Assembly: GCF_006345805.1 (NCBI RefSeq)
Contig: NC_043017.1
Location: forward strand, 28,148,001 to 28,212,000
From: Octopus sinensis
Taxonomy: Eukaryota
Direction of reading: 5' to 3'
DNA length: 64,000 nt
In this document: in pieces, positions 12,961 to 25,376 of the stretch
Numbering within the stretch: position 1 is the stretch's first letter
Layout of the letters: every line of letters begins with the position of its first letter
The notes under the pieces: model-generated
Database searches by the model: none
Told to the model about the DNA's origin: nothing
Seen by the model: only the letters and a program-made list of their open reading frames with translations
Made by a program: the position numbers and the translations under genes

Positions 12961-13375
12961 AATGTCCCAAACTTTGACTTCTAGAGTTACACAAATGCCA
13001 GAACTGGGCGCCACTTCATAGTGCCAAGGACTCCAAATTTGCCATCAAGATGTAGGACAAGATACTGTGATAGCCTGGGCTTCCGAGGCCCACAGCTCTT
13101 CAATATCCTCCTGAAGGACCTGAGAGACCTGCATGGGTTGGATGCAGATGTCTTTAAAATAAAACTAGATCTCTTCCTGTCAGGTGTCCCAGATGAACCA
13201 ACTTCACAGCAGGAGGTGCAGATGAGGGCAGCTGCATTGAACTCTCTCATGCACCAAATGGCAATTACTAAAAAGCATTCGTGAAGGAAAATCATGTAGC
13301 AACACCGAATGGCGGTGCCCCAGCATGGCCACAGCTCGTGAGCTGAAACTAGATAAAATAAATAAAAAAAATTAA
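12961..13375 (+). mobile_element. 5'-truncated non-LTR retrotransposon (CR1/L2-group-like) 3' end: ORF2 C-terminus, 3' UTR hairpin and A-rich tail
   Basis: Frame reads NVPNFDF*SYTNARTGRHFIVP...DSLGFRGPQLFNILLKDLRDLHGLDADVFKIKLDLFLSGVPDEP...RAAALNSLMHQ. It is followed by GGCGGTGCCCCAGCATGGCCACAGCTCGTGAGCTGAAAC and an A-rich tail. Clade assignment is from recalled motif similarity only. Confidence 0.75.
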
Positions 13376-14171
13376 AATTAAAATATGTGAGATGGTGTGT
13401 GTTTACGTCAGTGTTTGTTCCTTACCACCACGTGATAACCGGTGTTGGTGTGTTTACGTACCCGGAAATTAGCGGTTCGGTAAACACCGATAGAATAGGC
13501 ACCAAGCTTTAAAATGTTCTTGATATCGATTCATTCGACTAAAAATTCTTCAAGACGATGCCCCAGCACCCAAAATGCCATTAGTCTAATTACTGAAATG
13601 CGTAAAAAATAAAATCTACATAGAAATACATCACGGCACACACACGTGAACACTAACATAGCCATGTATTGAAATTTAAGTAACATTTCTAATACTTAGA
13701 AACTGTTTCCGATCCTAAATACATAGAATCTTAACTTCCACGAATACTACCACGATATAAATAAGAATACTGTAAATATAGCTACAACAACAACAACAAA
13801 AATATCTTCACTGAAGAGCTGATTACAAAACAAAAATAAACACGAATACAACCATAAACGCAACATGTATACCATTATCTCTCTAACACTATTACATGTC
13901 ACCTAAGTGGAAATGACAATGGTAAATCATTGATTATTTAAAACCAGAGCCTCTTAACCTGATCATATAGACGTACACTATATAATTTTTAGCCAATTCA
14001 AAAGCAGGTGTACACGTAACATGTCCTCAAGAAAACAGAAACACTACGGCATTTGTTAATTAACGAAGTGATATAGTTATCTTTTATTAACTTGTGTCAG
14101 TTATTGGATTAGGGCCATACATGAGCGCCACCTTGAAAGGTTTTAGTTGCACAAATGGACCACGAGCTTTT

Positions 14172-14220
<49 letters not shown>

Positions 14221-14354
14221 AATTATTCTATTGGTCTCTTTTACCGAATTGATAAATAAGTGGGACGTAAACAAAGCAACACTAGTTGTCAAGTATCGCC
14301 AACAATACACATGTAGTTACATACCTATTTTGTGTGTGTATAAATAAATATATA

Positions 14355-14920
14355 TATAATAAGTGAATGGAAGAAATGGAGTTGAACGAAGATTGTACAG
14401 AATTCCTTTTATTACATTCTACACATGTTTCAAAGGCCACAATTTTCCAAATTCTGATTAAATAAGGATACCATATGTGTGCGCCCCCGTATATACATAG
14501 GCTAGTATACACATACATGCTTTTAGGTAGGTTTTGTCTCGCCCCTAAAAAATACACCCTGTATTCTTTAAATATTCAGAACATTAGTTTTGGTCACACA
14601 GAACATCTCCACACCCCTTGTTCTCATTAATTCCTCACCTACTAGATTTGACCGCGGCCTGACCTGTAAGTATTCCAACGGTAAACAGTTTACCCATGGG
14701 CTCTTAACGAGCGTCCTCGTTCGAATTGCTTTGCTGCGCCTCTGTTTTGTTTTGTTCTGACAACGTAATTCCTGGTTTTTCCTGAAGAGAAAGCTGCAAT
14801 ATGGTATCCTTATTTAATCAGAATTTGGAAAATTGTGGCCTTTGAAACATGTGTAGAATGTAATAAAAGGAATTCTGTACAATCTTCGTTCAACTCCATT
14901 TCTTCCATTCACTAATTATA
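14355..14920 (+). mobile_element. Penelope-like element remnant with inverted partial pseudo-LTR
   Basis: 115-bp perfect inverted arms (14362-14476 and 14799-14913). Hammerhead at 14779-14858. Upstream VFQR*TVYPWALNER (14670-14714) resembles the PLE GIY-YIG C-terminus. Confidence 0.6.
14779..14858 (+). ncRNA. Type I hammerhead ribozyme motif
   Basis: Helix I TTC/GAA (short); CTGAAGA; helix II GAAAGCTGCAAT/ATTGTGGCCTTT (one mismatch) with 31-nt loop; GAAA; self-complementary helix III ACATGTGT; GTA triplet (cut after 14855). Confidence 0.68.
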
Positions 14921-15093
14921 TTAAACTTCAATTATCCGCACCAACGCACGGTTGCAACACCATATGGTCTTATCTCCAACCGTGTTTTTTCTGGTGTGAT
15001 TTTTGCTACCCAGGTATCGGTTAAACTTTTGAATAATCTGTAACAAAAAAATTCATCTTTCCATTTCAACAAACACACACACATATATATATA

Positions 15094-15134
<41 letters not shown>

Positions 15135-15138
<4 letters not shown>

Positions 15139-15281
15139 ATTCATACATGAACAAAGAGAAAACACAACAACGCGAGGACGTGGAACAAGTATAGTGTTAT
15201 CAGACGTTCAGTAAACGAAAGAAAGCAGGGGGGTTTAACGTTTCGAGCGGAGCTCTTCGTCAGAAATATAGAAAAAAGAAG
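15135..15281 (-). mobile_element. Family E element, 5'-truncated; hammerhead-like motif 15233-15267 with CTGACGA core
   Basis: Minus strand: ATTT CTGACGA A GAGC TCC GCTC GAAAC GTT AAAC. Confidence 0.75.
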
Positions 15282-16139
15282 CTGGCATTGCTTGACAACC
15301 GATGCTGGTGTGTTTATGTCCCCGTTACTTAGCGGTTCGGCAAAACAGACCGATAGAATAAGTACTGGACTTACAAAAGTATAAGTCCCGGGGTCGAGTT
15401 GCTCGATGAAAGGTGGTGCTCCAGCATGACCGCAGTCAAATGACTGAAACAAGTAAAAGAGAAAGAGAGAGAGTGTCCAAGGAAGGGAAGACGGAGAAAG
15501 AAAATCGCCAACGATACACACGCGGTCACATAATTATATATATATATATATAGATATATATACACACATACATACACACGCACGATATACGTACGTAGGT
15601 ATCTATATAGACGTATATACATATGTGTGTGTTATTCCTCCCTGCGCCATTTCTGAACAATTTAAGACAACTTGAGTGAAATTAATCTCGGTCTCTTGTA
15701 GTGTGATTAATATTCCTCATTTTTTTTTTCCTTTTTATTTTTGTTTCTTATGTATTTTTATGAATGTATACGGATGAATATACATTGATAACAAACAACT
15801 GAGATAAGCAAAAACGACGTCAATGCAAATTTATCTTATTTCAAAGCAAATATTTTTTTCTTTCAACTTCTGATGATGGCGATTATAGTCATTATGTTGA
15901 AAGTACTCTTACGACAAACAGAGTGAGGATAAACGTATTGATGATGATGAGGAGGAGGAGGAGAAAGTGTGTGATGAGGACGAGGAGGTGGAGTACGAAA
16001 AGAAGGATGGTGGTGATGATGATGATGATGATGATAGGGGTGTTTGGGAGGATCGGGAACATAATAACGGTTTGTGATTGTGATGATTAGGCAAGGAGGA
16101 AATGAATAAATATGACGAAGTAGAAATAGAAGATAAAAT

Positions 16140-17400
16140 TATAAGAGTAGTAGTAGTAGTTTAGTAGTAGTAGTAGTAGGAGCAGCAGCAATAGTGGTAG
16201 TAGTAGCAGCAATAGTAGTAGAGGTAGTAGTAGTAGCATCACCAGTAGTAGTAGTAGAGGTAGTATTAGTAGTAGTAGTGCTAGCAGTAGAAACATCAGC
16301 AGTCCTAGTAGTATTAGTAGTACTAGTAGTAGCAGCATCACCACTAGTAGTAGTCGTAGTAGTAGTAGCAGCAGCAGCATCACCACTAGTAGTAGTAGTA
16401 GTAGTACTAGTAGTAGTAGCAGCATCACCACTAGTAGTACTAATAGTAGTAGCAACAGTAGTATTATTATTATTAGTAGTAGCAGTAATATTAGTAGTAG
16501 AAGTAGTAGTAGTAACAACAGTAGTAGCCGTAATAATAGTTTTGTAAGTAGTAGTGATAGTAGTGGAAGCTTTGGTAGAGCTGAAGTTGATACTATTTGC
16601 ATTAGTATCATCATCATCAGCAGCATCCTCTTCCGTTTTCCCCTTGCCAACGTCTCTGCTGTCGTTGTCAACTTCCTGGCCTCCATTATTATTAACCACC
16701 AGCACAACTCCATCAACAACCGAATTCATAGCATCGGAAGGGGCGGCGGCAGCAGCAGTAGTAGTACTAGTAGCAGCAGTAGCAGTGGTAGTATCAGTAG
16801 TAGTAGTAGTAGTAGTAGCAGCAGCAGCATCACCACTAGTAGTAAAAGTAGCAGCAGTAGTATTAGTAGTAGGAGTAGTAGCAACAGTAGTAGTAGTAGT
16901 AGTAGTAGTAGCAGCAGCAGCATCACCACTAGTAGTAAAAGTAGCAGCAGTAGTATTAGTAGTAGCAGTGGTAGTATCAGTAGTAGTAGTAGTAGTAGTA
17001 GTAGTAGCAGCAGCAGCATCACCACTAGTAGTAAAAGTAGCAGCAGTAGTATTAGTAGTAGCAGTGGTAGTATCAGTAGTAGTAGTAGTAGTAGTAGTAG
17101 CAGCAGCAGCATCACCACTAGTAGTAAAAGTAGCAGCAGTAGTATTAGTAGTAGCAGTGGTAGTATCAGTAGTAGTAGTAGTAGTAGTAGTAGCAGCAGC
17201 AGCATCACCACTAGTAGTAAAAGTAGCAGCAGTAGTATTAGTAGTAGGAGTAGTAGCAACAGTAGTAGTAGTAGTAGTAGCAGCAGTAATATTAGTAATA
17301 GTAGAAGTAGTTGTAGTAGTAGTAACAACAGTAGTAGCATTAGTAGTAGTGGTAGTAGTAGCAGCAGCATTAGTAGTAATAATAGTTGTAGTAGTAGATG
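16140..17400. repeat. Compound (TAG/CAG)n trinucleotide tract with five 93-96-bp higher-order units
   Basis: CATCACCACTAGTAGTAAAAGT recurs at 16828, 16921, 17017, 17110, 17203. Confidence 0.92.
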
Positions 17401-18903
17401 GGGACGAGGGAAAAGTAAAATAAAAAGAAAGGTAACAACCATGATGATGAAGAAGAAGAAGAATGACCGAAAGAAAAAAAGAAATAAACAAACAAAAAGA
17501 AATCGATCAACCACTGCAGTAGTAAAAATCTCCCCAGAAATTGGATTAGATTTAAATCGATTATCACTGCAGTACATCATTCTCACAAGAGTTTGGATTC
17601 GATTACGAACAACATAAGACAATCACAAAATAAGAGACAAAAAAAAAACAAAAAAAGGAAAAAAACAGAAAACCTAAACTAGAATATGCATATGAGATAC
17701 GTATGGCGAGGATAATGAACGACGTTAAATGGGTCTCCGTACATATCCAATATTGTCTTGTATTAAATATCTATTGAACTAAACTGATTTTGACTTGTTT
17801 GAACAAATTCGATCTCAATTGAGAATATGTAACAGCCAAAAGGTTGTTACATAGAAAAAAAGATGTGTATTGTAGTCAAAGGAATACTTATATGTCTATG
17901 ATTCAAATGACACATGTTTCCTGGGTGGAAAATTAGGATTTGGAGAATCGTTGCTAACAAAATACGAACGGAAATAGAACAATCTCGCTAAATCACTTAA
18001 CATACATTCCGAAATTTTCAGTTGCGACTACGTAGAGCGAAAATGTATTGTGGAAGCTCGTATATATTTTTACCTCCGATGCAAGATCTGAATACGAAGA
18101 TCATTTAAAAATATTGAATGGAGGCTTGCTACTACTTAGTAAAGCAATATAACGAACATTATTTTCTATAGCAAAACTCATAAAACTGTATTAATAAACA
18201 TAGCATAACGGAAGTACTATTATAACGGTATATAAATGTAAGCTTAAAAGCAAATACGTTCCTTTGATGCTATGATGATGGCGATTACCGTGTTAATGAT
18301 GTGCATTAGGAGGACAATAAATTTAAAATAGTAAAGCATTTAAAGAATGTATCCAGCAGTTATAAAGAGTTAGATAGCCTTTTAAGATAGACACGGACAC
18401 GTTCCAGATACTAGCGATGCTGGGATCAGTAAATAGTGAATAGGACAATACAAGTTGATGAAAGAACCAGAATACGCGAACAAAAGATAAAACAGAAATT
18501 GAGGTGACGTCACAATGGCGTTTTTATTCTTCGGACTGACGTGTATAGGAAGAAAGCTCTCTTGCATATTTGCAATAGGAATTTCTGGGGCAGATTAAGC
18601 AAGGAACAATATATATTTTAACAACAAAAGAATTGCTATCTGTACAATTAAAACATCAATCTCACGGCAGCGCTTATTCCAAGGAAATTTTACTTCAGCA
18701 TTAATCAATCGTTTACATCTATTGTGTATATTCTTACCAGCATGCAGAAACACACGCTTTCTGGTTGTCCTATCATTGTTCTCTGTAGCTTTGCAGCAAA
18801 ACTCTGTCCCGTTTCCTCGAGGAAATCATGTCACATTTTAGCACTATACCCTTAACCCAATTAGCTATGACGTAACCTTGAGATCGTAACAAGCGTTTAC
18901 CAA

Positions 18904-18944
<41 letters not shown>

Positions 18945-18946
<2 letters not shown>

Positions 18947-19250
18947 ACCGTGATCACCGTGATCGACCAGGTCATCAGATGTTGTTACACATCGCTGGTC
19001 ACAATGCGAAGCGCATTGTTTTAGCTGTCAATAGCGCCACCCCTCTGACTAAGCGAGCAGGCCAACAGAAGAAAGAGTGAGAGAAAGTCGTGGCGAAAGA
19101 GTACAGCAGGGATCGCCAACACCCCCTGCCGGAGCTTCGTGGAGCTTTAGGTGTTTTCGCTCAATAAACACTCACAACGCCTGGTCCGGGAATCGAAACT
19201 GCGATCCTACGACCGCGAGTCCGCTGCCCTAACCAATGGGCCATTGCACC
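18945..19250 (-). mobile_element. SINE family B, full length, tail type 1
   Basis: Reverse complement of 39222-39526. Confidence 0.86.
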
Positions 19251-19494
19251 TATCTATTTGCTAAATAAACACACGCACTATATATTGTTCTTCATTCGTT
19301 TATTACTGCTCTTATTTTAACTCGTGTTCATTATCCGCAAATCTTTCGTCACACATCTGTGACCTCTTCAGTGACACTTTTCGTCTTCGTGTGTGCTTTT
19401 GTTCCACTTATGTTATTCTCATATACATATACGTACAAATACAATTAGTAGATTGTTTCCACCCATCCATTCATTCATCCATACGCAAATTTTT

Positions 19495-19775
19495 GTCTTT
19501 TACTTGCATCGGTCATTAGAGCGTGACCTTGAGGAATTTTTAGTCGAATGAAGTGACCCTAGTGCTTGCTTATTCATTTTAAGTCTGGTACTTATTCTAT
19601 CAGTCCGTTTTGACCAACACCAGGATTCTTTCAGTTTCTGTCTACCAAATCCACTTACAAGGCTTTGGCCGGCCAAGGACTCAAGTGAAAGACACTTGCA
19701 CAAGATGCCATCTGTGGAACTCAACCTGAAACCATGTGGTTGGGAAGTAAGCTTCTTACCACATAGCCGCTCCTT
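19495..19775 (-). mobile_element. SINE family A, diverged, central part deleted
   Basis: Head and tail modules recognisable on -. Confidence 0.65.
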
Positions 19776-19790
19776 AGCCTTTGAATATGC

Positions 19791-19827
<37 letters not shown>

Positions 19828-20160
19828 TGACAGTTTTTTGCTTTTGGGGTTCAAACATTGCTTTCATTATTTTCGGAGTTGATAAAATAATGTACCAATC
19901 AGCTACTAAGGAACTGGCGGGTCGATATAATCGACTGGTTCTTTCCTTGGACCTGTTAAACTTGTGGGTTTTTTTTGTGGGGCGGCTTCTTTTTAATTAT
20001 ATCTTATTATATTTGAATTCCTAATGATATTTCATACATTATAATATTTGTTTACTAATTAGCAACCAACACGCAGATATATATATATACATAAATGTGT
20101 GCGTGTTTGTGCATGCGTATGTATTTACTTGTTTCATTTCTCGTTTATTAATTCTTCCAG

Positions 20161-20328
20161 GACGTTGAAACAATTGATATGGAGGACTTCAAACACAACT
20201 TTGTGAATTTGACCGGCTTTCGAATTGTGGACCCGGATAACAGCTACACGAACAAAATAATGCGGGACATGGAGATATACGAAATCCAAACCGATTTACA
20301 GCTTCTCAACAAAAGTGGATCCATGTCA
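20161..20328 (+). CDS. Internal exon of a kainate-type ionotropic glutamate receptor (amino-terminal domain): DVETIDMEDFKHNFVNLTGFRIVDPDNSYTNKIMRDMEIYEIQTDLQLLNKSGSMS
   Basis: Acceptor ttcttccag|GAC at 20160/61 and donor TCA|gtaagt at 20328/29. 168 nt, phase 0-0. VNLTGFRIVD resembles the GluK ATD motif (GVNMTGFRLL). Joins in frame to the 56002 exon. Confidence 0.9.
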
Positions 20329-22769
20329 GTAAGTAACATTTATATCTTTATGCAAAAGAGAGAGAAAGATTTAAAGAACAAGAAAAAATGTAGCAAGCCT
20401 GCGTTATAGTGGTGTCAGATGTGGCCTGCAGACCACCATATAACTACTTTTATTCTTGTCTTCCGTTTCATGAATTCACTGTGCACATACGCATTGCATG
20501 TTCACACGTCTCTTTCTGGTTCCTTCTCAAGACTTTATAGGTCACAACCGTCTCATTAACCTAAGTTCATGACGAGCGTTCATGAAAAAGAAATAAGCCA
20601 GTGGGAGTTGTGTTAGCGAGAATATTTATTTGTCTAATTATATGTTCATACTTGAGAATTGTGTGAGTTGAAATCTGGGAGTTTCTTTTAAGCTCTATTT
20701 TATAAGTATCTCTGTAAAGAAAAGGCGAGCATGAGAAGAGACACATACAGACAGACAATTACGCAAATACGCAAGTGGGGCTATGGTTGCATGCACACAC
20801 ACACACACAAACTCTCTTTCTCTCCCTCGCTTTCTGTCTGTGTGTCTCTCTCTCACTCACACGCTCTTATACATATATAATATTTTCGATATCAATAAGT
20901 ATCAATAACTTTCGAGAGAACGCGAAATAATTCTTTCTTTGTAATATTGACTCTTGAAGCACATCACATGAAGTTATAAATAACAATATGTAAAATGCTG
21001 TGTTGAGAGACCATGTAGGACAAACAAAATTGAAGATTGTCTGTCCTTATGGATATTATTCATAATCTCATACGATGTGACACGGTAGCAAATATTTAAA
21101 AAGCAATAATTAACTATGTGTGTATGTGTCTGTGCTTATATGCATATTTATCTCTCTATGTGTACGCTCAAGTATGATAGTGAGTAAATATATTTGCTCT
21201 GCTTATGTGATCTTTTTATATCAATCTCTCATCGTATATATATGTGTGTGTGATGTATACATATGTGTGAATGTATGTATGTATATACAATGATTATATT
21301 CTTACAAGGATATTTGAAGCATACAACTAAAATCATAGTATTGCAAACATTTTTGTTCTGATACCAATGTTTTCTTATTCAAATATTTTCACGAGACAAG
21401 TTACGTTTAATATCGGCAGTGTTCAAGTAGATTCATGTATTAAAATATTAAGAAAATAGGCTAAATATTTCCATGTCATTCGGTGCATATCCTTCAAGAA
21501 ATATATTGAAATAAATAACTTTGTAATACTATACATTATCTGTACAACCAATAACAAACTAATTGAACGAGATAATAACGAAACGATAATCGCCGTTTGT
21601 AAAGACATCTCAACGAACGAAAACATTTCGTTGGATAACTGGTTATGTTTACGTCGATACAACGATTTTTTTGCCATATTTTTTTCGTTTAAAATATATT
21701 AATGCTTATATTAAATAGCAAAGCTTTAAATAAACTAGCCCCATATTTTCTATGTCATTAAGATTGCATTACAGCAAATAAAATAAAGGAAGAAAACAGT
21801 AAATTACTGGAAAATGAACATCGTAATATTTATTTAGAAATTGGTGTTTCTGTTGGAAATTACTTTACATATCCCCAATCTCCATTAAAATAATAAATCC
21901 CTGTAAAATCTTTAGTTCTATTTAATTGCATCTTATGATTACCTGTTGCTCCCCAACAAAAGCCTTCGTAGAAATATCCCGTAAAAATGTAAACAGTAAA
22001 TATTTAACGATATTCTATCGGTTTCCAATTTTGGCACAGTGCAACAATTTCGAGTAGGAATTAAGTAGATTACATCGACCCCAATGTTCCCCAGCTAATT
22101 CTTCTCTCGATCCGAAAGGCTGAAAAGCAAAGTCGACCTTGATAAAATTCGAACTTAAAACATAAAGACAAACGTAAAATAGTAATATTGAGTTCAAATT
22201 TTGAAAGAAGGCTAACAATTTTGAGAGATGGTTAAAGTCGATTATTTCGAAACCAGCGCACAGCTGGTACTTATTTGACCGACTCCGGAATGATGAAAGA
22301 AAATGTCGACCTCTATGGCATTTAAAATCAGACGTAACGACAAATGAAATACCGCTGGGCGTTTTGTCGGCGTGATGAAAATTTTCCCAGCTCACCGCCT
22401 TATGTAACTGTATAATATTAATATTAAGCCTTCATTCTTCTTTTTCCTTAGAAATTCCGCCTGGATAATTTTTCTCTTTCATTACAATCGCTCAATTGAT
22501 TTATACCGGTAAAATTCCCGCCCTCTCTTTTCGTTTCCCCGTCGCCACTCATTCTCTTGATGAAGGCCGAGGAAAAGGAAGTATATGAAGTGGGCAGAAA
22601 TAAACAAAAGCGAGGGAAAGGGTTAATGCCTGAACTCGGGAGGCGGAGAACACTACAAGAGGGTCATATTCTATGGTTAATATTAAGTTCATGCTGCTGC
22701 AAACGAATGGAGATGGTCTAATAGTCATTTACAATTAGGTGAATATTTTATGGCCCCATTCGTAATTGG

Positions 22770-22950
22770 CTCTCCGTCGGTTACGACGACGCGAGTTCGA
22801 GTTGAACCGATCAACGGAACAGCCTGCTCGTGAAATTAACGTGCAAGTAGCTGAACACTCCACAGACACGTGTACCCTTAACGACGTTCGTTGGGAGATT
22901 CGGCTTGACACAGAGTGCGACAAGGCTGGCCTTTTGAATTACAGGTATAA
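22770..22950 (-). mobile_element. Family B tail type 2 fragment
   Basis: Homologous to 53215-53385. Confidence 0.75.
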
Positions 22951-23527
22951 TTCATTTTTGCCAACGGAGAGAACTGGAATAACGTGAAATAAGGCGTCTT
23001 GCTCAAAGACACAACTTATCGCCAGGAATTGAACTCACGGTGTTATGATCGTAAGCAAACATCTCCTAACCACTAAGCCACGCGCCTCCACAGCCCCATT
23101 TGTAGTTGTCAGGTAAAAGATATAGATATAGGTGGAGACAAGATGAATAATACTTTACAATATTCACTCAAAATTCCGCTGCGTTCACCTTTGTTTCCAT
23201 CCTTTCGGGGTCGATAAATTAAGTAGCAGTTTCGTACTAGAGTCGATATAATCGACTGACCTCTTCCTCTGAAAATTTCGGGCCTTGTACTTAGAGTAGA
23301 AAAGATTATTCTTTCAAAATACAACGAGCATGCGGCACACTTTCACTATCACCAATGGAAAAAGTATCTTGTGAGCAGCTTTGTGATGCTCCCGATTTCA
23401 TTACACTCAGAGACAGTATGTGATCCGTGAGATAGTTTTCCCCGAGATAGCAGATGGGTTCCCACCGGTGTATTGTTGGGTTATACAGTATGTAATTTTA
23501 TTGTATTTGTTTTTGTATTATATGATA

Positions 23528-23718
23528 CTAGCAGTTTTGCCCGGCTTTGCAAAATGGTCACATTTAATTCAAAGCGTTAAAAATGTTATGAAAACAATTG
23601 GTACGTGTTCACAAAGTCCAAACGATTAATACGAAAAAACCCTCCAGGCTACATCCCGAAAATTCATTTCTTTGTCGAATTCCAACAATGTTTACGGCGA
23701 TTCGTTTATATATCTTGA
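23528..23718 (-). mobile_element. Short putative Helitron (family H3, ~190 bp)
   Basis: Minus strand ends TTTTGC-aaagccgg-GCAAAA-ctgCTAG|T. It starts A|TCAAGATATATAAACG, similar to the H2 5' end. Confidence 0.55.
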
Positions 23719-24588
23719 TTTTTTATTTTTCATGCAATTTACGCATGCTTGCACGCGTGGTGAACACAGTTCACGTCAAACAGCTGACTGAGTAAAGTTC
23801 ATCGGATAAGGCCTAAACAAACACATTATCGATTTTTGCACTTGCGAGATGGATTTCGGAACAGAAACAGCGCAGTTCAATTTTCATTCGCCTAAACTTT
23901 AAGTGACCCATTTTTGGTGGTTCTACGATTTGTTAGCTAGGAGGAGATGTGCCGGGAAGTTAAACACACAGACTCACACACAGATACACACACAGACACA
24001 CAACTTGAGTTATATATATATATATATATATAGATTTCAGGTTGTGTACGGGATTTCTTTTTCATCTAATGCTTCAAATATTCACTGTATAACATCCTCA
24101 GCGATCACCAAGATTTTACATAGCAATTTTTAACCTCATGTATTAGCACTTTATTCGTTGGCATGTATGAACAGTTTTGGCTAATTATTATTAGTATCAT
24201 TATCATTATTGTTATTATTATCATCATTATTATTATTATTGTTGTCAATATTATTATTATTAACATCATCATCAGTATCATTGTCGTCATCGTCATCAAC
24301 ATCATCATCATTACTATAATTATCTTTGTCATTTATATTTTTGATGTTGTTGTTGTTGTTTGATGTTGTTATTGTCATTATCACCCCATAATTATAAAAC
24401 ATAATTGCAATTCATTAAAATTATTGCAGACAAAATGATTAGTGCATTTGCTACATGTGTTCTTGTTGATGAACATAAGATACGATTGTTGTTACTTCAG
24501 TTTTGAAACTATAATCAATAAATATCATTGAGAATTCATTTCTTTCCTTCATTCCTGCGTAGGTGTGAATGCATATATATCACAAAAA

Positions 24589-24626
24589 CTGTTACTTAGA
24601 GTTTCACGCTACCGTTCGTCGGAGAG
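24589..24626 (-). ncRNA. Minimal type I hammerhead motif, family F
   Basis: Minus strand: CTCT CCGACGA ACG GTAG CGT GAAAC TCTAA GTA ACAG. Abuts (TA)n. Confidence 0.62.
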
Positions 24627-24635
24627 TTTATATAT

Positions 24636-24681
<46 letters not shown>

Positions 24682-24692
24682 ATATATATATA

Positions 24693-24975
24693 TCACCGTA
24701 CCCGACCAGGCTATTAGAAGTTGCTTCGCATTGTTTTAACCTTCAAATGACGCCACCCCGCTGGCTAAACAAGCAGGCCAACAGAAGAAAAAGTGAGAGA
24801 AAGTTGCGGCGAAAGAGTACAGCAGGGATCGCCACCCCGCACCCCCTGCCGAAGCCTCGTGGAGCTTTAGGTGTTTTCGCTCAATAAACACTCACAACGC
24901 CCGGTCTGGGAATCGAAACCGCGATCCTACGACCGCGAGTCCGCTGCCGTAACCACTTGGCCATTGCGCCTCCAC
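24693..24975 (-). mobile_element. SINE family B, tail type 1, followed by an inverted partial copy of itself
   Basis: Inverted copy at 24983-25062. Confidence 0.84.
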
Positions 24976-25068
24976 ACACACACGGGCGTTGTGTGTTTGT
25001 TGATCGAAAACACCTAAAGCTCCACGAGGCTTCGGCAGGGGGTAGTGGCGATCCCTGCTGTATATTTG

Positions 25069-25110
<42 letters not shown>

Positions 25111-25340
25111 ATATATATATATATATATTATATATATGTATATATATAGATAGATAGATTGAGATAAATATGTTACTTAAGTTGAGGCATCATTATTTAG
25201 TACGGTATTATCCATAATTTTCAAATGAATAAGGTGATTAAAATCAAAACAAGCAACAAGGATATCCAGAGGTAATGCAGCACGATCGTACTTGTTGCTT
25301 ATTGTGATTTTAATCACCTTATTTCGATATATAAACAAAA

Positions 25341-25376
25341 TTTTCTGACGAACGATAACGTGAAACTGAGTAACAC
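25341..25376 (+). ncRNA. Degenerate hammerhead motif, family F
   Basis: TTTT CTGACGA ACG ATAA CGT GAAAC TGA GTA ACAC. Core and helix II intact, helix I broken. Downstream sequence is homologous to 36904-36975. Confidence 0.55.

Noticed and set aside
13021-13284. 87-aa ORF as a host gene
   Set aside because: It is the C-terminus of a truncated LINE ORF2 with an in-frame stop upstream.
16139-17491. Mucin-like Thr-rich 450-aa ORF as a gene
   Set aside because: The reverse complement of (AGT)n has no stops in any frame, there is no credible signal peptide or exon structure, and it is antisense within a presumed intron.
1-20160. Upstream iGluR exon ending in ...YHY(I/F)FTTL-like sequence
   Set aside because: Not found by eye. 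It is presumed to lie outside the window, but a diverged short exon could have been missed.
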